Below, piece after piece: positions 1-13,020 of a stretch of 64,000 nucleotides of DNA. Each line of letters starts with the position of its first letter. Within the stretch, counting starts at the first letter, position 1. Both the position numbers and the translations under genes were made by a program. The notes under the pieces were generated by a model. The model was given only the letters and a program-made list of their open reading frames with translations. It was not told the DNA's origin and searched no databases. Origin of the DNA: Octopus vulgaris (taxonomy: Eukaryota); contig OX597828.1 of assembly GCA_951406725.2 (NCBI GenBank), positions 67,208,001 through 67,272,000 on the forward strand, written 5' to 3'.

Positions 1-352
1 TGTGAGAGTGAGTGAGTGTGTGAGTGAGAAAGTGAGTGAGTGAGCGAGTGAGAAAGTGAGTGAGTGAGTGAGTGAGTGAGTGAGTGAGTGAGTGAGTGAG
101 TGAGTGAGTGAGCGAGTGAGAAAGTGAGTGAGTGAGTGACAGAGTGAGTGAGTGAGTGAGTGAGTAAGGGAGTGAGTGAGTGACAGAGTGAGTGAGTGAG
201 TGAGTGAGAAAGTGAGTGAGTGAGTGAGAGTGAGTGAGTGAGTGAGTGAGTGAGTGAGTGAGTGTGTGAGTGAAGAGTGTGTATGTGTGTGAGTGAGTGA
301 GTGAGTGAGTGAGTGAGTGAGTGAGAGAGTGAGTGAGTGAGAGAGTGAGTGA
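1..352. repeat. (GAGT)n microsatellite
   Basis: Direct inspection. Confidence 0.97.
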
Positions 353-373
353 ATATGCTCGCGATATTTTGTC

Positions 374-593
374 ATTTACTCGTTTCAGTCATTTGAACTG
401 CGGCCATACTGGGGCACCGCCCTCAAGGGTTTAGTAGAAAAGGAAAACCATTCGACCCCAGTATTTATTAAGTATGGTAACGATTCTACCGTTCTCTTTT
501 GCAGAACCGTTAAGTTACGGGGACGTAAACAAACCAACATCAAATTTCAATCGGTGGTGGGAGAGGCACATTCACAAACACACCCCCCCATCA

Positions 594-668
<75 letters not shown>

Positions 669-990
669 TGTATGTATGTATGGAAGTATGTATGTATGTA
701 TGTATGTATGGAAGTATGTATGTATGTATGTACGTATGTATGTATGTACGTATGTATGTATGTAGGTATGTATGTATATATGTATGTATGTATGTATGTA
801 TGCATCTAAGTATGTATGTATGTATGTATGTATGTATGTATGTATGTATGTACGACGGGCTTCTTTCAGTATCCATCAGACAAATCTACTCACAAAACTT
901 TGGTGAATTTGGGGCTATAGTAGAAGACACTTACCCAGGGTGGCGCGCAGTGGGACTGAACCAAACACCATGTGGTTAGGAAGCAAGCAA
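374..990 (-). mobile_element. SINE-A (tRNA head, internal microsatellite)
   Basis: Reverse complement of the 8853-9245 and 60303-60715 family. Confidence 0.85.
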
Positions 991-1359
991 TGCCAGCACC
1001 GAGCAATATTCTTACCACAAAGACGGTCAGAAAAATGAAGAAAGTGTTTCTCAGTTCAAATCCTACCACGGTCAAAACTGCTTTTATTAATTAAAAGAGA
1101 AACAAATAAACAAACAAACAAAATATGCCAATCACTGATGGGTGATTAGAGTTTAGGGTATGATACCTTGCGATCTTTTACAGGTTATTTACCTAATGAT
1201 AGCAGCAACTTCGATAACACTGGTGCCAATCTGTAGTGGTCCAAGTTCGTGGGCCTTTGACTTGGATATACTTCAGTAGTATGGAGCGGAGAGGGAAGAC
1301 ATGCACAAACACACATAATATACATACATACATACATACATACACACACACACATGTAT

Positions 1360-1500
1360 ACTCTTTTACTCTTTTACTTGTTTCAGTCATTGACTGCGGC
1401 CATGCTGGAGCACCGCCTTTAGTCGAGCAAATCAACCCCGGGACTTATTCTTTGTAAGCCCAGTACTTATTCTATCGGTCTCTTTTGCCGAACCGCTAAG
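1360..1500 (-). mobile_element. SINE-A 3' fragment
   Basis: tttcagtcattgactgcggccatgctggagcaccgcctttagtcgagc. Confidence 0.85.
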
Positions 1501-2223
1501 TATATATATATATATATATATATACATACATATATATATATACAATATAAATATATATATATATATATAATGTGTATATCTACACATATATATATGCATA
1601 TATATTATATATATATATATATTTTATATATATATATATGCATATACATACGTGCGTATATACATATATGCATATACATACGTGCGTATATACATACATG
1701 CATATACATACATGCATATACATACATGCGTATATACATATACATATACACATTATATATATATATTCATAGGTAACAAGCAAGATTGCATAAGTCTGCA
1801 CATACATGCATAATATGTGTATGTGTGTCTGTGTGGGTCTGTGTGTATGTTTGTGTGTGTATTTGTAATATGTATGTGTGTGTGTGTATATTTATATATA
1901 CATATATATATACACATATTTACACACAAATATTTATATATATATATATATATACATACGTACAATATATGTGTGTGTCTATATATATGCACGTGCCCGT
2001 CGATTACGACGTATGGGCATGTAGTTGGTCATTCAACAAGAGGGACATTGAATTAGCATGCAAAGTGGCTGAGTATTCCGCAGGCTTGTGTGCATACCCT
2101 TAATGTAATTTTCAAGTAGAATCAGCGTAACGCAGTGTGTGTGAGGTCGCACGTGTGTGCGTGTATGTCTGTGCGTATATGTGTCTGCATGCATGCATGT
2201 ATGTGTGTGTGTGTATGCATGTG

Positions 2224-2265
<42 letters not shown>

Positions 2266-2304
2266 ACAAAGCGATTCATATGAGTTCATGCTATGGTCCA
2301 CCCG

Positions 2305-2430
2305 GCAGTCTTCCGTACAGTTTCCTCGCCACCCAATTTTGCTCTCAGGAGGCTGCTTAGCTATTGCGTCACGTTTGAGATCGAAACCAGGATACTAGGG
2401 TTTGGAGGCGAACTTTTCAACCACACGACC
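2305..2430 (-). mobile_element. Degenerate SINE-A head
   Basis: Weak similarity to the SINE-A 5' half. Confidence 0.45.
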
Positions 2431-2630
2431 ATATATCTATATGCGTGTGTGTGCGTGTGTGTGTGTGTATGTGTGTGTACATATATACAAATTAATAAAT
2501 AGACACATAGATAGATATACACATATGCATATATATATATATATATATATATGCATGCATACATGCACATACACATATATACATATATACATATATATAT
2601 ATATGCATGCATACATGCAACTACACATAT

Positions 2631-2683
<53 letters not shown>

Positions 2684-3322
2684 TGCATACATGCACATAC
2701 ACACATATACATACATATACAAATGCATATATATATAAATATATATAAATAAATTTGCATATCTATATCCATATGTGTGTGTGTGTGCGCTTGTCTATGT
2801 GCTTATGTATGTATGTATTTTTGCGTGTTTATGAATGTATGACTGTACATGCGCACATGTAGGCACTCACACATGCACTCGCACATACACGCATATAAAG
2901 ACAGAGAGACAGAGAGAGCGAGCGAGAGTGTGTGTATGTGTGTGTGTGTGAAAGTAAGGGAGTGAGAGTATTGCATAAATTGATACAGTTGTGGTTATTT
3001 TCATTGGTTTGGCGGTTCTCACCTCCACGTACGCAGCGATGTGTGTGCGCGCGTATGTGATATCCAATAACAAATGCTATGTTAATAAATGCTGTTCAGG
3101 CACTTCTACGTTTGCATGAAAGGTGGGTGGGATCGCAAGCTGTATTGTCGCTGCATATCACCTGGAATCCAGCATCGTGTATCGTTGTGCATTAATGTAC
3201 GTACGTACATGTGTACACCTAAGAGTGTTTGTGTTTGCGAAGAACTGTCTGTGCGTGTACGAAGCCGTATATATGTGTGTGATGTCTATGAGAGAGAAAG
3301 AGTGAAAGAGCGGCAGGAAAAC

Positions 3323-3388
<66 letters not shown>

Positions 3389-3493
3389 GAGAGAAAAACA
3401 GAGGAAGACAGAGAAAGGAAATGGTAAGAGAAAAAGACTGAGGTGTTACAAGTAACAGTTGCACCTCGCATGAGAAATAGCTGAAATGTGATT

Positions 3494-4012
3494 GGGGTGG
3501 CTTGTACTATAACGTAAGAAATCTGGGGTGGCTTGCACTATAACATGAGGAAGTTTGGGTAGCTTGTACAGTAAAATGTGGAAGATAAGGGTGGTTTGTG
3601 TTGTGAAGGGTAGAGTGGAATGGCAGAAAGTGGAGTGATTTGACTTGTAAAGAATGGGAAGCGGGGTGGTTTGTACTGTGTAATATGGGAAGTTGGCGTG
3701 GGGTGTATTGTAATATGTGGAAACAGGGATAGGGTCTTGTATTGTGAAAAGTAGAAAACGGGGTGGTGAAAATTAGGGTGGTTTGTAGAGTGAAAGACGG
3801 AAAATAGGGGCGGTTTGGATTGTGAGGTGAAGAAACTGGGGTGGATTGTATTATAAAATGGATAATCTAACGTGACTTGTATTTTTGAAGGGTGGAAAGT
3901 GGGTAGTTTGTATTGTAATGTGTATAAACTGGTGTGGAGCGGGGTGTATTGTGAAAGATGGTAACAGGGGTGGTTTCTGTTAGGAAGGATGGAAGCTGGG
4001 TGGAAACTGGGT
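3494..4012 (+). repeat. Degenerate ~31-bp minisatellite
   Basis: Recurrent gggtgg(c/t)ttgta.t.t.a....ggaa unit. Confidence 0.7.
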
Positions 4013-4216
4013 ATATTGATTCCAGATTTCGGCACAAAGCAGCAATTTTGGGGGGAAATAAATCGATTACGTTAACCCCAGTACGCAGCTGGTACTTATT
4101 TTATCGACCCAGAAAGGATGAAAGACAAAGTCGACCTCGGCGGAATTTGAACTCAGACGGACGAAATACTGCTAAGCATTCCGTCCGGCTTGCTAACGAT
4201 TCTGCCAGTTCGCCAC
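4013..4216 (-). mobile_element. SINE-B (alternative tail)
   Basis: B-box gagttcaaattcc and gtcgactttgtctttcatccttt core; tail ..cccccaaaattgctgctttgtgccgaaat. Confidence 0.85.
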
Positions 4217-4523
4217 TTTCTGGTTGTATATCTTGACAACAAGTGGAGTCTGGTGTGGCTATAAGCAAGACAGGTCCTTCTTTCCCTAATTTCTGGGACA
4301 TCACCTTCGAGGATTTTTTAGTAAATTATATTGATCCCTTTGGTTTGTGTTCGTATTTATGTTATTGATTATTGATTATTGATTGTTCAATAGAGATTGG
4401 CATAAAGGGAAATAACTCAGTAGAACTAAAAAACTACTGCATATTTATGTTGAATGACCTCTACACTCGTAGATATCAAACATTTATGACATTATCACAC
4501 ACACACACACACGCACGCACGCG

Positions 4524-4603
<80 letters not shown>

Positions 4604-4695
4604 ATGGTAGTCTCGGCCGACGAAAAAAACGGTCCAGCAAATTCTTGCTGCACAACCTCCACCAATGATTTGTTCATAGTGATCAAACGTATGTA

Positions 4696-5260
4696 TTGGG
4701 TTGTCCAGAAAGTTCGTGCCGATTTATAAAGGAAAGAAAAGGGTCAATAAATACTTGCCATTACATTTTTAATCAACCAAATCAGAACCATTTTGTTGCA
4801 CAATGCGTCTCCATCTTTCCTTTAACTTGAAAATACCCTCTTCCCAGAATTGAGGTGGTTTCAAGGCAAAGAATTCATCAAGGTATCTTTTTACGTCATC
4901 AAAGGAACTGAAATTTTTACCATTAAGACTATTCTGCAGAGACCTGAATAAGTGGAAATCCGAAGGAGCAATATCTGGGGAATATGGAGGCTCGGGTAAC
5001 ACATCCCAGCCGAGCTGCAGCAATTTTTGTCTGGTTCCCAAAGCATCAAGTGCCGAAGATGAACTTTTTTATCTTCCATTTTAAAGGGTTACAGAATTAA
5101 CACAGGATATAGGAACATAAACCTTTTTCCACGAAAAGTAGCTTAAACTGTGCTCTAAATGGAGGTGTAGTCAAATCCTATTTTATGGACTCAACCATGT
5201 TCTAAAATAAGTCGAAAGGTAAGCTACTATAAATCGGCACGAACTTTCCGGACAACCCTA
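4696..5260 (-). mobile_element. Internally deleted mariner (DD34D-type) element
   Basis: 30-bp TIRs ttgggttgtccagaaagttcgtgccgattt, TA on both sides; PYSPDIAPSDFHLFRSLQN transposase C-terminus joined to the MEDKKVHLRH N-terminus. Confidence 0.92.
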
Positions 5261-5445
5261 TACTATTCGTTCGTTCATTCCCTCCATCAAATTGACGATA
5301 CCTGAATACCACACGTCAGGTGTCGAAGTTATTGCAAAGCAACGTGAGATGAAATGCACCAGAACACAATACGCCTCCGCGACCTCACCATTATGAATGA
5401 AACATCCAAACCACCAGGCTTTGCGCCCTCGGTATATTCATTTAA

Positions 5446-5834
5446 TCTCTATATATATAAAGCTGAAGTTGTCTGTGTATGGCAGGTTTGGTAGCCTTCA
5501 ACTAACACTATATCCTCCGAGACCCTGCGGCGCAAGTTGACCAAAATTGAGAATATGATAGAAGGCTGTTCTTCCTTCCGTAGAAGAAAAAAGTCAAATT
5601 GGACCATGTTAACACCAAAAATTATTTACATCAAAAAGGTGCTTTTTTTCTACGGAAATCCCTATTTTTTACGATTTTTTGACTGCTGTGCCGCCATTTT
5701 TCGGTGTATTTCAACCAGAAAAAATGGTCACTTAAAGAGAATAACAAGCTACATAATGCAAAAGTTTTACTTTTCAAAAATTCCAATTCTAAAGGGTCGA
5801 AACAAACCCGAGCAACGCCGGGCGATACTGCTAG
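5446..5834 (+). mobile_element. Non-autonomous Helitron
   Basis: 5' A|TC start (tctctatatatataaa), 3' GC-rich hairpin cccgagcaacgccggg then CTAG|T. Confidence 0.75.
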
Positions 5835-5868
5835 TCATAGATATACAGCTACGTCATGTGTAACGGTA

Positions 5869-6470
5869 ATACGAGAGTCAGCTGAAAAGTTCATAGGCTG
5901 CCAAGGACACTCACAGGGAATGTGACCAAATGAAGGTTGTCTCCCTTGAGACCCCCACACTTCTTCCATCGGTGTTACAGTGCTTCGTTTCCATTGGTTA
6001 AGAAGCTTTCGTCCTGTTGGTCAAAAAGTCATCAACAGCAGATATGACGTCACCAACACTGCGATACTGTTCCTCAGTCAAGTGTTTTTCATGTTAGGGA
6101 ACATATAATAGTCAGAGAGAGTCAAATTAGGAGAATAGTGATGGTGATCAACTAATCCAAAGACACAGTCACGCATAGCAGCAGCCATTGAAACGAAGAA
6201 CTTGTGTGCTGGATCATTAACTGCATGAGACATGACTTCTTTCGCTAATTTTCCTGGGCATTTGGACCCGATAGCCTTTCATAACTGCCTTAGCAAGCTG
6301 GCGTACTACTCTCCATTGATGGTGTGGCCCTTTTGAATATAGTCAATAAATACAATGCCATTTTGCATCCCAAAAGACTGAGGCTGTCTCCTTCCCGGCA
6401 GATGAAACGACCTTGACCTTCATTGGAGCAGGCAAGAAGGGGTGTTTCCACTACATGGATTGTTTCAGAC
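5869..6470 (-). mobile_element. Degenerate mariner transposase remnant
   Basis: Manual translation HHYSPNLTLSDY..QYRSVGDVISAVDDF..HRWKKC; TIR-like tacgagagtcagctgaaaagt. Confidence 0.75.
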
Positions 6471-6954
6471 ATTGGACTGCACCTATACTGGACATGGGCA
6501 CCAACTTGAAGGGTTTAGTTAAACAAACCGCGCCTCCACCCCATTGTCATGGATAAGAATGGAGGACACACAGACACACATATGTGTCTGTTGAAATAAT
6601 ATGCCGCGCAATGGGGCAGTTCTTAATCATATGTAACCATGCATGTACCTATGATATGTCTGTACGACTCCTACAGTATTTTCCCGTTCAATATCGCTCA
6701 CATTGTCTTTTCAAATTATACGTAAAAAATTTGCCAAAGACAATGTCAAAAGTGATCTACTAGTGTTATGTCTTGAGTATTATGTCTATGTTTCATAGGC
6801 ATGCAAGAAAACGAACAAAATACATGTCTGAAAATAGATATCTCTCTACATATAAACGGCAAAATGTCTGTCTGTGTGTGTGCTTTATACAAATCCACAA
6901 TTTTTCAGTTAGAGGGTTCGTACTTTCTATGGTCATTCAAAACCGTGTGCATAT

Positions 6955-7160
6955 ATATGTGTTTGTGTGTCTGTGTTTGTCCCCTCACCCCAACATCGCT
7001 TGACAACCGATGCTGGTGTGCTTATGTCCCCGTAACTTAGCGGTTCGGCAAAAGAGACCTATAGAATAAGTGCTAGGCTTACAAAGAATAAGTCCTGGGG
7101 CCGATTTACTCGACTAAAGGCGGTGCTCCAGCATGGCCGCAGTCAAATGACCGAAACAAG
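6955..7160 (+). mobile_element. SINE-A 3' half
   Basis: gcttgacaaccgatgctggtg...gctccagcatggccgcagtcaaatgac. Confidence 0.88.
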
Positions 7161-7163
7161 AGA

Positions 7164-7230
<67 letters not shown>

Positions 7231-7445
7231 GGAGAGAGAGAGAAGATGACAGAAGGAAAGAAAACAGAGAAAAGGTATGTGAGAGAAATAGAAAGATAGA
7301 AGCTTTGAAGGTGAATGTGACTGGAAGCTTTCGCTGATGTAGAATGGCCCTCATGTCAGTTTCATTTATAACTCATTAAAATTCAACCAATTGCAATTGG
7401 TTGGTTTTGTAGACGGAAACTGAGCTGAAAGGAGCTTGTTGTATA

Positions 7446-7486
<41 letters not shown>

Positions 7487-7490
<4 letters not shown>

Positions 7491-7692
7491 AGGGTTTACA
7501 AAAAAACAAACAAAAGACTAAGACAGGTGGTGTACAAAACAAACAGATGTATTAGTGTAACGCTCAGGAATAGAAAAAGTCTTTTACGTTTCGAGCCTAC
7601 GCTCTTCTACAGAAAGGGACACAGAAAAAACAAGGAGAGAAACAAGGAGAGAAAAAAATGTGTGTAGTGGCTAACGATCTATCATGGCGATG
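7487..7692 (-). repeat. ~200-bp TA-resident repeat family P1 with hammerhead-like motif
   Basis: Copies at 36148-36350, 57207-57362 and 62393-62590. Confidence 0.85.
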
Positions 7693-7758
7693 AAATATAT
7701 ATATATATATATATATTCAAGCAATTGCAATTGGTTGAATTTTAATGAGTTATAAATG

Positions 7759-7792
<34 letters not shown>

Positions 7793-8852
7793 CATCAGTT
7801 TTAGAAACCGACATGAAAAAGAATCACATCTGAACGGATTGGGTGATCATTGGTAGACTCAGTATTAAATTCAGATATGTGCGCGTGCGCATGTTAATAT
7901 TATTTAAAAAAAAAAAAAACGTTACTTGAGTACTTTGATACTTTGATAGGTTTCGGCCATTATTGGCCCAGGCCATGTCTAACTTAATAGCACCACCTGC
8001 AACTTTGTTTTATTACTATTTTTATTTTTAATTGTATTTGTGAGCGTGTGAATATATATATTTGAAAAACAAAGGAACCGTTAGATTGTACAAACAATAC
8101 TTTCGATACAGTTAATGGTAAGTAAAACTATTCATTCTTAAATTACCGTTATTACTTGCGAGACTATGAAATGCCAATATAGTTTTTTAATTACCTATAA
8201 ACTATTTTCAAAGTCACTTGGTCATTACTTCTAGTTTTAACGTTAGATCACTACTTTTTTAATTAATATAATTTATACTATTAATCATAGGTTTTGTTTA
8301 TCGTCTACCACGTGACCGTGACGAATTTAATCTGCTTATTGTGATACGGTAGCTGCATTCTAGTCATTTGTGTACAGTATATATATTTGTGCACAATATA
8401 TATATACAGTTTTTATAATGAGAGGAACACATTAATATTTACAATTATCTATTAACCAATAAATATTTATTATATTGCACTTTAATATTAATTTTTATTT
8501 TAATATTATTATAATTTTTTATAGTAGAACACCTACTTACATCTATTAGATAATCAATTCATAATTTTAGTCCCTTTATTATTTTTAGCTGTAATTTTTC
8601 AACACGTATTTGGAGGCGTGCACACAGGATAATCCACACCCCCTTTTACCGTTTAGAAGTCTACGTTTAGAAGTAAAAATTTGAAAAACTCAACGACACA
8701 AAAGATTACAATCTAACGGTTACAATCTAATGGATACGATCTAACGGTTCCTTTGTTTTTCAAATATATTGACACGTACACGCACACAAATACAATAGAA
8801 ATAAAAATAATAGTTAAACAAAATTGCATATACCCGTATATTTCTATATTTA

Positions 8853-9245
8853 AAGGAGTGGCTGTGTGGTAAGTTGCTTACTTACCAACCACATGGTTCC
8901 GGGTTCAGTCCCACTGCGTGGCACCTTGGGCAAGTGTCTTCTACTATAGCTTCGGGCCGACCAAAGCCTTGTGAGTAGATTTGGTAGATGGAAACTGAAA
9001 GAAGCCCGCCGTATACATGTATATATATATATATATGTGTGTCTGTGTTTATCACCCCCAACATTGCTTGACAACCGATGCTGGTGTGTTTACATCACTG
9101 TAACTTAACGGTTCGGCAAAAGAGACCGATAGAATAAGTACTAGGCTTACTAAGAATAAGTCCTGGGGTCGATTTGCTCGACTAAAGGCGGTGCTCCAGC
9201 ATGGCCACAGTCAAAATATTTGAAACAAGTAAAAGAGTAAAGAGT
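8853..9245 (+). mobile_element. SINE-A full length
   Basis: A box tggctgtgtgg, B box ggttcagtccc, internal (TA)n, tail gtaaaagagtaaagag. Confidence 0.92.
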
Positions 9246-9353
9246 ATACCCAAGTAACGTTTTTCTTTAAAAACAAACATTAATATGCGCACGCGCACAT
9301 ATCGAGTCTAGCAATGATCACTCAATCCATTGAGATGTGATTCTTTTATGTCG

Positions 9354-9470
9354 GTTTCTAACCCTGATGAAATATTCAATTAACTGTATTCAAGATGCAC
9401 ATTTAATTAAATTGTTTATTTGTCATTTGAAATTAATTGAACATGGAAACAATTGTTGGTTATAAGAAAC
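9354..9470 (+). ncRNA. Type I hammerhead ribozyme candidate with long stem II
   Basis: UAACC-CUGAUGA-[UUCAAUUAA..UUAAUUGAA]-GAAA-CAAUUG-UU^-GGUUA. Confidence 0.6.
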
Positions 9471-9589
9471 TGGAGTTAATAAATTTATGTCTATCTGTCA
9501 ATTTCTCCATTTTCTTTTCCTATACATAAATGATATGTGTGTGTGTGCGTGTGTGTGTGTGTGTGTGCGCGCGCGCGCATGTGTGTATT

Positions 9590-9750
9590 TGTGTTAGTTA
9601 ACCACCGCTTGACGACCGGTGTTTGTTGGTTTACGTCACCGTAACTAGAGGTCCGACAAAAACGTACGTACAGGGGTCGATCTATTTGACTAAATCCTTC
9701 AAGGCGGTGTTCCAGCATGGACGCAGTCCAATGACTGAAACAAGTTAAAG
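9590..9750 (+). mobile_element. SINE-A 3' half, older variant
   Basis: gcttgacgaccggtg..ttcaaggcggtgttccagcatgg..atgactgaaacaag. Confidence 0.8.
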
Positions 9751-9763
9751 GTAAAAGGTAAAG

Positions 9764-9995
9764 GGCGGCGAGCTGGCAGAACCGTTAGCACGCCGGGTGA
9801 AATGCGTAGCCGTATTTCGTCTGCCGTTACGTTCTTAGTTCAAATTCCGCCGAGGTCGACTTTGCCTTTCATCCTTTCGGGGTCGATTAAATAAGTACCA
9901 GTTACGCACTGGGGTCGATATAATCGACTTAATCCCTTTGTCTGTCCTTGTTTGTCCCCTCTGTGTTTAGCCCCTTGTGGGTAGTAAAGAAATAT
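9764..9995 (+). mobile_element. SINE-B full length (Tx1-type tail)
   Basis: A box tggcagaaaccgttag, B box gttcaaattcc, core gtcgactttgcctttcatcctttcggggtcga; ~13-bp TSD gtaaaag(g/a)taaag. Confidence 0.9.
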
Positions 9996-10084
9996 GTAAA
10001 AGATAAAGTGTGTGATTTTGATTTAAGTTAGTATTATTTGAGATTGACGACTTCGCAATTTTTCTCCACATCTGCAGACAACAA

Positions 10085-10436
10085 CAAAGAAATCTGAAGA
10101 TTAGCTGACCGTCAGTGTTCTGTCGATGATCTGGTTCTTAAAGCTGAATCTGTTGAGGTGGTTATATATGAGGATCAAACAGATCCAACACATGCCACCC
10201 CTCAACCTCACAGCAGCATCCCTTCCACTCCAACGAGACCGTGGGATGACAATCCGGTTCTTCACGCAGTAGATCAGGGATTGAATCAAGAGAGTTAGGC
10301 GATGCCGACCAAGAACCCGCTGGCTTGACACCATCAAGAGTGATACGGGAATGAACATAGCCAATCTGAAAGAAGCGGCCCAGGATAGAACTAGCTGAAG
10401 GACATCGAGTAACCGAGAGTCGACTTTGACTGAGCG
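10085..10436 (+). mobile_element. RTE-clade LINE 3' end followed by (GATA)n
   Basis: RPRTRWLDTIKSDTGMNIANLKEAAQDR, a typical RTE C-terminus. Confidence 0.75.
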
Positions 10437-10542
<106 letters not shown>

Positions 10543-12199
10543 GTGGTAGATAGATAGATAGAGCAGGTAACTACACGATTTTTGCAGGCAGGACATGAAT
10601 CGTCCTCAACTCTGACATTATTGTGACCCTCACATCTGGTAGCGGACTCTGCCAAATGAAACGGCTCCCCGGTGGAACTTTATCGATCTGCTGAGGTTGT
10701 GTATCGTTGCTGGACTGCCGAGAAAACTTCTCTTTCTTGATAACACCCCACCACCACCACTACCATCACCACCGCCGCCGCCGCCGCCTCCACCACCACC
10801 ACCTTCGCCACTGCCACCATATCTTCTTCTCTTCGACTCTGAAGAATACGAGTTCGTTCAAGAAGATGACTATCTCCAACTCACCTTGGTTGGCTGCTAG
10901 GATCAAGAAAATGATGAGGGAAAGGAACGGTGAGGAAGGATTATAAGGCGAAAGGGATGGTGAGGTGAACAGGGGAGAGGTGGGGGATGGTGAAACGAGG
11001 GAGGGGGATGGTGAGATGAGGGGGGATGGTGGGGTGAGGTGGAAGATGCTGATAGAATGAAGTGATTTATGTTTGTTAATGTTTATTGATGACTTGTGGT
11101 GGTAAATATTTAAATACAGAAATGTATTCCAGAGTGATTAAGGGGTGGGAGAAATACAGAGAGGCAAGAGAGAGAGAGAGAGATTTGAGGGGAGGGTGGA
11201 GGAAACAGAGGTTGGGAGAGACAGAGAGGGAGAAAGAAGGAGAAAGAGACAATGATACAAAGGAGGAGTGAGAAGGGGAGAGAGAATGGAAATAAAGGGA
11301 GAAAAATAAAATTTAGAGAGAGATGAAAGAGATAGAGAGAGAGAGATAAAGAGAAAGAAATTAAGAAAGGGAGAGGGGTAGAGAGAGAGAGAGAGAGAGA
11401 GTGAGAAAGGTAGAAAGTGACAAAAAAACTAAGGGGGAGAAACAGAGAGATAAAGAAAGCGAGGCAAAGATATTGGGGGAGGGATAGAAATAAACAAAGA
11501 AATTAAGACATTAAGGTGAGAGAGGGAGGGCATGTGAAGGGGAGAGCACGATAGAAGGAGGGAGGGAGAATTTATGAGAGAGAGACAGAGACAGAGAAGA
11601 AGAGAGTATGTGAAGGAGAGCGATTCAGTGTGAGAACATCTGTGGGAGAAGGGAGAGGAAAGGGAGAGAGATTGTTCCAATTAAGACAAGAAATCAATAA
11701 CGATTTCCGTTCTAAGCATTGAATTCATGTTGCTTCACATCTCTCACCCTCTCTCTATCTCTCTCTCTTACTCTCTCTCTCTCTCTCTCTTACTCTCTCT
11801 CTCTTACTCTCTCTCTCTCTGTCTCTCTCTGTCTCTCTGTTGCATTTCTCTGCATCTACATATCTGCATGTATGTATGTATGTATATATATGTAGGTAGG
11901 TAGACAGGTAGGTAGATATGTATGCATGTGAGTAACATCAGAAAGCACGTGCACACACAAACACACACACTTACACACGCACATACACACACACACAGAT
12001 GATATGAGATACAACCGTAGACACACACACATACACACACACACACACAGATGGTATGAGATACAACCGTAGACACAATCAACAGACACACACACACACA
12101 CACGTACAATTACATCACGAAGACACACAATTACATCACACACAAACTCATCATACAGTAAACAAGCTATCCACCACACGCACAAACATCGATCATCGT

Positions 12200-12283
<84 letters not shown>

Positions 12284-12474
12284 TCATGCACTGCACACAC
12301 ACACACACACACTATCTATCTCTCTCTCTCACACGCACTCACACACTCATGCACTGCACACGCACACACACACTCATACACACACACACACAAACACACA
12401 TTTGTCCACTGAAAAAACGAAAGCCAGCAAAACGCTTCGAAAACAGTTGACTCAGTAACTTTTACACATTGTAA

Positions 12475-13020
12475 TTGGTGATGGTGGTGGTGGTGGTTGT
12501 GGTGGTGGTGGTGGTAGTGGTGGTGGTGGTGGTAGTGGTGGTTGTGGTGGTAGTGGTGGTGGTGTTAGTGGTTGTGGTGGTAGTGGTGGTAGTGGTGGTT
12601 GTGGTGGTAGTGGTGGTGGTAGTGGTGGTGGTGTGGTGGTGGTGGTGGTGGTTGTAGTGCCTGTAGTGACAGTGGTAGTGGTGATGGGTGTGGTGGTGGT
12701 GATGATGATAGTTGTGATAGTGGTGATGGTGGCGGCGGCGGCGACGGTGGTGGTGGTGGCAGCGGCGACGGTGGTGGTGGTGGCGGCGGCGACGGTGGTG
12801 GTGGTGGTGGTGTGATGGTGATACTGCTAAGCTTGTGGTGGTGGTGGTGGTGGTGGTGGTATTGGTTATGCCTATGGTGGTGTTGTAATGGAGGTGTGAT
12901 GTGGTGATAGTGGTGGTGGTGGTGATGGTGGTGGTGGCGAAGGTGTAGGTGGCGGTGATGGTTGTGGTGGTGGTGGTGGAGATAGTAGTGATGGTGGTGG
13001 TGGTCGTGATAGTTCTGGTG
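12475..13020. repeat. (GGT/AGT)n compound trinucleotide repeat
   Basis: Direct inspection. Confidence 0.95.

Larger units (their letters stand above)
7789..9490. mobile_element. Long inverted-repeat element (Penelope-like terminus); right arm interrupted by SINE-A
   Basis: 7789-7931 inverted to 9247-9375 and 7998-8090 inverted to ~8735-8828. Confidence 0.7.

Noticed and set aside
3494-4012. Regularly spaced repeats resembling a CRISPR array
   Set aside because: Eukaryotic context, units are degenerate with mutually similar spacers and no cas genes; it is a minisatellite
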